Origin: Candidatus Electronema halotolerans
GTDB taxonomy: Bacteria > Desulfobacterota > Desulfobulbia > Desulfobulbales > Desulfobulbaceae
Length of the DNA: 32,000 nt
NCBI GenBank assembly: GCA_942493095.1
Contig: OW818675.1
Coordinates: 1,560,001 to 1,592,000, forward strand
Direction: 5' to 3'
Under the pieces are notes generated by a model, which saw only the letters and a list, made by a program, of their open reading frames with translations, did no database searches and had not been told where the DNA came from. This document shows positions 26,589-32,000 of the stretch, piece after piece (the first letter of the stretch is position 1; every line of letters starts with the position of its first letter). The position numbers and the translations under genes are program-made.

Positions 26589-27337
26589 AACGGCTTTTTG
26601 TTCTCCTGCTGACGCTCTGCTGTGTGACTGTCAGTGCCGCCTCTGCCCTGCAAGACACGGCAGGAGCACTTTTTAGGCAGGCCAACGATGCCTATCTCAA
26701 AGGCCGCTACCGGCAGGCTGCCAACCTGTATCTGCAAGTGGCGCATAATGCGGGGGTTTCCGCCGAGCTGCTCGGCAGCCTGGCAGACAGCTATGCGGCT
26801 GCCGGACAGACCGGGCTGGCTGTGCTCAACTATGAGCGCGCCCTGCGGTTGGCTCCGAGCAACGCTGTTTTGCGGGCGGATTTGCAGCAGCTCCGCAAGG
26901 AGACAGGACTGTTCCAAAAGCAGACTTGGCCGGAACGGCTGGCCGGACTGCTGGGCGCAGACCAGTGGCTGCTGCTCTCCGGCACAGCCTTTGTCCTCCT
27001 CTCTCTGACCGTGCTGGCTGTCGGCTTGTTAGGCCGAAAACGCTTTCCGCAGGCCGGACGGCTCAGTCTTCTTTTCCTCATCATCACCCTGCTGCCGCTG
27101 CCCCCAGCCCTGTTCCGTTATCAGGCGTGGCAGGACGGCGTGGTCATCAGCAGCAAAGTCAAGCTGCTCATCTCGCCCTTTGCTGGTGCTGAAGCAGTCA
27201 GCCCGCTCAAGGAAGGCAGCATTGTCCGGCCCTTGGATAAAGAATACGGTTCGTATGCCTTAGTCCGCGCTGCCAGCGGCCAGCAAGGCTGGTTAGACAA
27301 AAGCAGTTTTCAGCAGATTGCGGCCCTGCCGCTCTGA
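26585..27337 (+). CDS. BatE-like TPR plus bacterial SH3 domain protein
   Basis: Track ORF 26399.. trimmed to MKRLFVLLLTLCCVTVSAASA (signal peptide); its ATG forms an ATGA overlap with the batD stop. It has TPR motifs, two TM segments and an SH3-like end (GSIVRPLDKEYGSYALVRAASGQQGWL). Confidence 0.65.
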   Translation: MKRLFVLLLTLCCVTVSAASALQDTAGALFRQANDAYLKGRYRQAANLYLQVAHNAGVSAELLGSLADSYAAAGQTGLAVLNYERALRLAPSNAVLRADLQQLRKETGLFQKQTWPERLAGLLGADQWLLLSGTAFVLLSLTVLAVGLLGRKRFPQAGRLSLLFLIITLLPLPPALFRYQAWQDGVVISSKVKLLISPFAGAEAVSPLKEGSIVRPLDKEYGSYALVRAASGQQGWLDKSSFQQIAALPL

Positions 27338-27364
27338 CCGCACACATATTCAAGGACTTTCATC

Positions 27365-28384
27365 ATGCACGTTATTGTCACTGGCGGGGCTGGCTACATT
27401 GGCACGCACACCTGTCTGGAGCTGCTCAAGAGTGGTCACGAAGTGACTGTGATTGACAACTTGGCCAATGCCAGCCAGGAAGGGCTGCGGCGGGTGGAGC
27501 GGCTTGCAGGCAAAGCACTGCGTTTTTTTCAGGCTGATCTGGTTGACTTGTCAGCCACAGACTATGTCTTCCGCCAATGCCCGGACGCGGCAGCGGTCAT
27601 CCATTTCGCCGGTCTCAAGGCGGTGGGCGAATCCTCGGAAAAGCCGCTGCTCTATTATCACAACAACCTCACCGGCACGCTCAATCTCTGTCAGGCCATG
27701 CAGCGGCACGGGGTGAAAAATATTGTTTTCAGCTCCTCAGCCACGGTCTATGGCGACCCGGCCTCAGTGCCGATCACCGAGGATTTTCCGGCAGGCATCT
27801 GCACCAATCCCTACGCCCGCACCAAGGCCATGATTGAGGACATCCTCCGTGATATTCATACGGCGGACAGTACGTGGAACGTGATTCTGCTCCGTTATTT
27901 CAACCCAGTGGGCGCGCATGAAAGCGGCGAGATCGGTGAAGACCCGAACGGCATTCCCAACAATCTGATGCCTTATATTGCCCAAGTGGCCGTGGGCAGG
28001 CTCAAGCAGCTCTCTGTGTTCGGCAACGACTATCCCACCCCGGACGGCACCGGCGTGCGCGATTACATTCATGTGGTCGATTTGGCCAAAGGGCATCTCT
28101 GCGCCTTGGAAAAGCTGGCAGATCAGCCGGGCGCAATTGCCTACAACTTGGGCACCGGGCAGGGCTGTTCCGTGCTGGAGATGATCAAGGCCTTTGAAGA
28201 GGCATCAGGCAGAACGGTTGCTCACGTCATTGCCCCGCGCCGGAAAGGAGACATTGCCTGCTGCTATGCTGACCCCTCGCGGGCGGAAAAGGAACTGGGC
28301 TGGAAGGCGGAACGGGGCATTGCCGCAATGTGCGCGGACACATGGAACTGGCAGTCAAAAAACCCGGAAGGATACCGGCGGTGA
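27365..28384 (+). CDS. galE: UDP-glucose 4-epimerase
   Basis: VTGGAGYIGTH start, YARTK (YxxxK) catalytic motif and the DYIHVVDLA motif. Confidence 0.93.
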   Translation: MHVIVTGGAGYIGTHTCLELLKSGHEVTVIDNLANASQEGLRRVERLAGKALRFFQADLVDLSATDYVFRQCPDAAAVIHFAGLKAVGESSEKPLLYYHNNLTGTLNLCQAMQRHGVKNIVFSSSATVYGDPASVPITEDFPAGICTNPYARTKAMIEDILRDIHTADSTWNVILLRYFNPVGAHESGEIGEDPNGIPNNLMPYIAQVAVGRLKQLSVFGNDYPTPDGTGVRDYIHVVDLAKGHLCALEKLADQPGAIAYNLGTGQGCSVLEMIKAFEEASGRTVAHVIAPRRKGDIACCYADPSRAEKELGWKAERGIAAMCADTWNWQSKNPEGYRR

Positions 28385-28422
28385 AACAGTCCTTGCCTGA
28401 TCACGATTTTGCTGTCAATCAG

Positions 28423-28457
28423 CTTCTGCCGGGCCTCAGACAAAAGCCCGGCAGAAG
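28423..28457. terminator. Hairpin between convergent galE and the small Lys-rich ORF (bidirectional terminator candidate)
   Basis: CTTCTGCCGGGC (28423-28434), an 11-nt loop, then GCCCGGCAGAAG (28446-28457). The stem is 12 bp and perfect. U-tracts are poor on both sides. Confidence 0.45.
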
Positions 28458-28465
28458 CAATCCGC

Positions 28466-28603
28466 CTACTTGCCTGCTTTTTTCGGCGGCTTCTCTGGGG
28501 CAGCAGCCTGCGCAACCGGCGCGGCCTTGACCTTCTGGTCATGCTTCTGGGCCATCTGCTTCTTATTTTTCTCCTTGTCTTTTTTTCCGCCTTTATCTCC
28601 CAT
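28466..28603 (-). CDS. Small (45 aa) lysine-rich protein, below the ORF-track size cutoff
   Basis: Hand translation: MGDKGGKKDKEKNKKQMAQKHDQKVKAAPVAQAAAPEKPPKKAGK. A perfect AAGGAG lies 6 nt upstream of the ATG at 28603. The stop is followed by the 12-bp hairpin. Confidence 0.55.
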   Translation of the reverse strand: MGDKGGKKDKEKNKKQMAQKHDQKVKAAPVAQAAAPEKPPKKAGK

Positions 28604-28700
28604 TTTCCGCTCCTTGCGTGGTGTCAGTTTTTTTCGGGAGAAATCTCCCGCCTGTTTTGTATCAATCCTGTCCTCAGCGACTTATGGAACATCGACCCCA

Positions 28701-28729
28701 AATTTATTTCGACAGAAGGCACTTGTCAA
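28701..28729 (-). promoter_or_regulatory. Putative sigma-70 promoter for the small Lys-rich ORF
   Basis: The minus strand reads TTGACA (28729-28724), a 17-nt spacer, then TAAATT (28706-28701). This predicts a leader of about 90 nt containing a CGGGAGA/TCTCCCG hairpin. Confidence 0.35.
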
Positions 28730-28772
28730 GAAAGAAATTTGGGCGGCCAGCCCTGCCAGGTCCAAGGCTCTT

Positions 28773-29963
28773 CTATAAGGCTGATTGCAGCACGTCGATG
28801 ATATCCGCTTTGCTCAGAGCTGGGCGGCCAAGGAGCTTGCCGTCCGCATCATGGGCGACCAGCGCGGCATCCTCGGCGTACTGAGCAAACAAGGCATCGT
28901 TGATGCCAAGTTCTGACAGGCGGACAGGGCAGCCGATGGACTTGAGAAACTCCTCAAAGCGGTTGATGCCTTCCAAGGCGCAGGCAAGGTCATCGCTCCC
29001 TTTTGCCTTGAGGCCAAAGACCCGTTCGGCAAACTGGACAAATTTATTGGGACGCACCTTGGCGGCAAAACGCATCCAAGCCGGGTTGACAATGGCCAAG
29101 CCAGCACCATGCGTGATGTCATGGTGGGCGGAAAGCGCATGTTCAATCATGTGAACAGGAAAGCCCGCACTTCCGGCCCCGGCCTGGACCCAGCCGTTCA
29201 GAGCGACAATCGAGGCCCACTGCACTTGAGTGCGCGCTTCAAGGTCGCTGCCGTCAGCAATCGCCTTTTTGCCCCACTCCATCGCATTGATGATCACCCC
29301 TTCCGCAAAACGATCCTGAATCGGCGTGCCGTCGGCTCCGTTGAAATAGCCTTCAGTCACATGGGTGATGATGTCGCAGACCCCGTAAGCGGTCTGATCT
29401 TTGGGCACGCTCAGAGTCAGTTCCGGGTCAACCACCGCAGCTTTGGGATAGAGGCAGGCCGCTTGGACAAAGGATTTCACCTTGCTTGCCTCATTGCTGA
29501 TCACCGCGCCGCAGTTCATTTCCGAAGCAGTGGCCGCCAAGGTCGGCACCGTGATGATCGGCAGGGCCTTGGTCGGGATGGCCCAGTTTTCCTGTCCATG
29601 ACCGATCAGATTCCAAGGGTCGCCATCATAGAGAACAGCAGCCGCAATCACCTTGGCAGCATCCATTGTGCTGCCGCCGCCTAAAGCAATGACCACGTCA
29701 CAGCCTTCTGCTCTGGCCATGTCCGCGCCGCGCTGCACAGAAGTGATGCGCGGGTTGGGTTCAATGCCGGAGCATTCTGTCACGGCAAGCCCGGCAGCCT
29801 TCAGACTGGCCACTGCCCGGTCAAATGCGCCGCTGCGCTTGATGCTGCCGCCGCCCGTGACGAGCAGCGCCTTTTTGCCATGCCTGCTGGCCACTTCACC
29901 AAGTTGTGCGAGTTTGCCTGCGCCAAAGATCAGATGGGTCGGGTTGTGGAATTCAAAGTTCAT
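28773..29963 (-). CDS. Iron-containing (group III) alcohol dehydrogenase, butanol dehydrogenase/YqhD-like
   Basis: MNFEFHNPTHLIFGAGK start, the GGGS-MD-AK motif (ALGGGSTMDAAK) and the His cluster HALSAHHDITHGAGLA. Confidence 0.9.
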   Translation of the reverse strand: MNFEFHNPTHLIFGAGKLAQLGEVASRHGKKALLVTGGGSIKRSGAFDRAVASLKAAGLAVTECSGIEPNPRITSVQRGADMARAEGCDVVIALGGGSTMDAAKVIAAAVLYDGDPWNLIGHGQENWAIPTKALPIITVPTLAATASEMNCGAVISNEASKVKSFVQAACLYPKAAVVDPELTLSVPKDQTAYGVCDIITHVTEGYFNGADGTPIQDRFAEGVIINAMEWGKKAIADGSDLEARTQVQWASIVALNGWVQAGAGSAGFPVHMIEHALSAHHDITHGAGLAIVNPAWMRFAAKVRPNKFVQFAERVFGLKAKGSDDLACALEGINRFEEFLKSIGCPVRLSELGINDALFAQYAEDAALVAHDADGKLLGRPALSKADIIDVLQSAL

Positions 29964-29965
29964 GA

Positions 29966-30008
29966 GGAGTGAAGAAGGGTGAAGTTTGAAGGGTGAATGG
30001 TGAAATTC
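29966..30008 (+). repeat. Heptanucleotide tandem array A (GGTGAAG-type on plus strand)
   Basis: TGAA recurs at 29970, 29980, 29987, 29994 and 30001 (spacings 10, 7, 7, 7): TGAAGAAGGG TGAAGTT TGAAGGG TGAATGG TGAAATT. Confidence 0.85.
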
Positions 30009-30012
30009 AGTG

Positions 30013-30363
30013 TCATTTTGCTTTCAGCTTTTTGCATATTGCGGTAAGGATGGCGGTCAGTTCATTGCATTCCTGTTTTAATCCGTCGAGTTGGGTGGAT
30101 TCTATCAGTTCAGCTTCTTCAATCAGTTCGAGCCAGTACAGGCTTTCGTGCGCTTCTTTCACAGCAATGCTGTATTTGGTCAGAAAGTCGGCCTTGCTTT
30201 GCGCGCCTTCTCCTTCGGCGATATTTGCCCCGATTGATGTTCCAGAGCGAAGCAGTTGTCTGCCAAGTGTTTTGTTGATTCCCGGTTTTTGATCAAGGAC
30301 TTGACAGAGTTTTACAATTCGCAGGGCAAATTTCTTTGATCGGTCTGGTAAATCACGTTTCAT
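30013..30363 (-). CDS. Four-helix-bundle protein (23S rRNA intervening-sequence protein / Avd family)
   Basis: 116 aa with the family core LGRQLLRSGTSIGANIAEGEGAQSKADFLTKYSIAVKEAHESLYWLELI. Confidence 0.85.
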   Translation of the reverse strand: MKRDLPDRSKKFALRIVKLCQVLDQKPGINKTLGRQLLRSGTSIGANIAEGEGAQSKADFLTKYSIAVKEAHESLYWLELIEEAELIESTQLDGLKQECNELTAILTAICKKLKAK

Positions 30364-30380
30364 AATTTCATCATTTATTC

Positions 30381-30432
30381 TTTACCCTTCACACTTTACC
30401 CTTCACCTTTCAAACTTCAACCTTCACCTTTT
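30381..30432 (+). repeat. Heptanucleotide tandem array B (TTCACCC-type on plus strand)
   Basis: Seven exact-period heptads start at 30381: TTTACCC TTCACAC TTTACCC TTCACCT TTCAAAC TTCAACC TTCACCT. The hsdS stop codon (30417-30419) lies inside the array. Confidence 0.9.
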
Positions 30433-31697
30433 GGAATGCGCAGTTCGCCGGAGAGGAGTTTTGGGAGCAGGGTGTCGCGGAGGGTTGCAAGTGTTTTGTT
30501 TGAGAAGCAATTTAATGAAATTTTATCAAAGTAACTTGTCCCAATCTGCAAAAAACAATTCATAATTTTTTGTGAAGGCAGCAATATACTTGCCTCATTG
30601 ACATTTCCTTTATTGATATGCTGTTGCGCTCCGCCAGTTTGAGATGAAATAATTCCCTCTATATTGTTTGTTATCCAAAGATAGACGAACTCATTTGGAA
30701 GTTCTTCTTTTCCAAGAATTCCAACAACTGATTGATTAGCACAACATTCAATTTCGTTCAGACTAACCTGACCGAGAGTTGCTCCTGTTATGGCCAGAAG
30801 AGTTGTTCTTTTTGGTAAAAGTTTTGTCGCAGATTTTCGGACTGCTTCCTCAGTAATCAATTCTGAAGGTTCAATAACTCTAAATTCATTAACCTTACCT
30901 GAATTTATCCAAGGAATGCTTCCATTATTCCAAAACTCCTTATTTTTACGTGCAGGAGTTCCACCAAGGATAGTTTCTAATTCATCACCAATTTTTGTAA
31001 TCTCCCACCCCTTGGGAACCCACCCCATTTCATCGCTGTAAACAAACTCATCAGGGAAAAGAGCGCGGATTTCAGCAGGAAGCGGCTTGCGCTTGTCGCC
31101 CAATGCAGCACGAGCAGCAGCACGTCCAGCAATCTCCTCCGGCACTTCCTTGCCGCTGGCAATGGCATTGTCAATCACCGGGTCAAAATCAACAAACCAG
31201 CTTTTGAACAATGCCTGCGCCATCGCCTCCAAGGTTTCATTCATCCGCCGGTTTAACTCGATTCGGTCATCAAGAGAACCAAGAATATGGGCAATGGCTT
31301 TTTGTTCTGAGAGTGGAGGAACTTTAATTTCTATCGGATGGATAAAGTTTCGATTCAAAGACGGTTGAGCACTGCCAGAATTAAATCTGGTAAAATCTAT
31401 TGATTTTAAAAGATAATATGCAAACTTCGGATAATTACCATGAAACTCGTTCACGTAGAGGGCAGTATTCAACGGCCAATAATCAATTGGCGAGTATGAA
31501 ACCACCCCAATAGATCCACCACTGCGACCAATTGTTACACCTGGTCCAGTGGCCTTGCTTTCGTTATGCCATCCTGTAATCCCAAAGGAGCCTAATATTG
31601 GTACCTTTCCTATAGTTCTTTTGCCTTCAGGTAAATCATGTCCTCTTTGTAAGGTCACAAATTCACCAAGCGTTTTGTCCTTCCACTCATTCCCCAT
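30417..31697 (-). CDS. hsdS: Type I restriction-modification specificity subunit HsdS (two TRDs), with no hsdM or hsdR in the window
   Basis: Central conserved region PPLSEQKAIAHILGSLDDRIELNRRMNETLEAMAQALFKSWFVDF and a C-terminal repeat of it (LATLRDTLLPKLLSGELRI). Two variable TRDs. GGAGG Shine-Dalgarno sequence upstream. Confidence 0.9.
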   Translation of the reverse strand: MGNEWKDKTLGEFVTLQRGHDLPEGKRTIGKVPILGSFGITGWHNESKATGPGVTIGRSGGSIGVVSYSPIDYWPLNTALYVNEFHGNYPKFAYYLLKSIDFTRFNSGSAQPSLNRNFIHPIEIKVPPLSEQKAIAHILGSLDDRIELNRRMNETLEAMAQALFKSWFVDFDPVIDNAIASGKEVPEEIAGRAAARAALGDKRKPLPAEIRALFPDEFVYSDEMGWVPKGWEITKIGDELETILGGTPARKNKEFWNNGSIPWINSGKVNEFRVIEPSELITEEAVRKSATKLLPKRTTLLAITGATLGQVSLNEIECCANQSVVGILGKEELPNEFVYLWITNNIEGIISSQTGGAQQHINKGNVNEASILLPSQKIMNCFLQIGTSYFDKISLNCFSNKTLATLRDTLLPKLLSGELRIPKGEG

Positions 31698-31764
31698 AAC
31701 CCAGCACCTCCAAATTCCTCAGAATCACCGAATCAAACTCCGCCGCACCCCACATAACACCTCG
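31687..31764 (-). pseudogene. Possible 3'-terminal remnant of an hsdM gene
   Basis: A frame that opens only after a TGA inside array C reads ...MWGAAEFDSVILRNLEVLGYGE*. It ends 8 nt inside hsdS, the typical hsdM/hsdS overlap geometry. It is too short to be a gene, and the assignment rests on tail resemblance and geometry only. Confidence 0.25.
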
Positions 31765-31790
31765 GCATGAGAGGTAATATATCCCCCCAA

Positions 31791-31840
31791 TCTTCACCCT
31801 TCACCCTTAACCCTTCCCACTTCACCCACCCCTCACTCCC
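31791..31840 (+). repeat. Heptanucleotide tandem array C (TTCACCC-type on plus strand)
   Basis: TTCACCC TTCACCC TTAACCC TTCCCAC TTCACCC from 31793 with exact 7-nt period, then a C-rich tail. The sbcC stop (31822-31824) lies inside the array. Confidence 0.9.
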
Positions 31841-32000
31841 GGCCCTCTGATCAAGCTCCGCCCGCCCGCTTTAGGCAGCACCTCAATTCGACAAGCAATC
31901 CGCTCCTTGAGCGCAGCAACATGCGAAATCACCCCGATCAGCCGCCCTTCGCGGCGCAGCTCGGCCAGACTTTCCAAGGCCGTGTCCAAGGCTGCATCAT
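31822..32000 (-). CDS. sbcC: SbcC-type (SMC-like) exonuclease ATPase, C-terminal 58 codons; continues past the window end
   Basis: Hand translation: DAALDTALESLAELRREGRLIGVISHVAALKERIACRIEVLPKAGGRSLIRGPGVRGG*. It closely parallels the E. coli SbcC tail LDTALDALDALNASGKTIGVISHVEAMKERIPVQIKV. Confidence 0.8.
   Translation of the reverse strand, partial: DAALDTALESLAELRREGRLIGVISHVAALKERIACRIEVLPKAGGRSLIRGPGVRGG

Noticed and set aside
28264-28542. 92-aa minus-strand ORF overlapping the galE 3' end
   Set aside because: It is Arg-rich, crosses the convergent terminator hairpin and overlaps galE. The 45-aa ORF in another frame has a perfect Shine-Dalgarno sequence and sensible boundaries.
30013-30363. 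Four-helix-bundle gene considered as the Avd of a diversity-generating retroelement
   Set aside because: There is no reverse transcriptase ORF anywhere in the window, and I could see no template/variable repeat pair.
29966-31845. Heptad arrays considered as a possible CRISPR array
   Set aside because: The units are 7 nt and directly tandem with no spacers, and there are no cas genes. This does not fit CRISPR architecture.

Overview
This is a chromosomal segment that looks about 55-60% GC by eye. Its gene content fits a Desulfobacterota (deltaproteobacterium-like) Gram-negative; that assignment is inference only. Most of the window is housekeeping. The minus strand from 1 to 9823 carries, by ascending coordinate, a partial Wza-like exporter, a Zn-ADH, an acyl-CoA ligase, two tandem tatA genes, a stomatin/NfeD pair, tyrS, rny, a candidate 6S RNA, a zapB-like gene and a NUDIX hydrolase. 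The plus strand from 9944 to 13934 carries an MltD-like LysM transglycosylase, a MoaE-like protein, a YihY family protein and TatD. The plus strand from 21656 to 28384 carries gpsA, BatB/C, BatD, BatE-like and galE. Two accessory regions with visibly lower GC stand out. (1) 14218-21623 holds a 2169-aa Sec-signal RHS/YD protein with teneurin-like architecture (3 Ig-like repeats, TTR-like domain, 6-blade NHL propeller, YD shell). It ends in an unrecognised Cys-rich 141-aa tip whose GC drops to about 41%. No immunity gene follows; instead there is a REP-associated tyrosine transposase (RAYT) bracketed by two copies of a 50-bp palindrome. (2) 29966-31845 holds an orphan type I hsdS with AT-rich recognition domains and a four-helix-bundle (23S-IVS/Avd family) gene. 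Both sit between sbcC and an Fe-ADH and are partitioned by three arrays of a tandem heptanucleotide (GGGTGAA/TTCACCC). Two of these arrays form a 24/28 inverted repeat around the four-helix-bundle gene. I found no tRNA, rRNA or CRISPR. All domain calls come from motif recognition by eye, not from searches.
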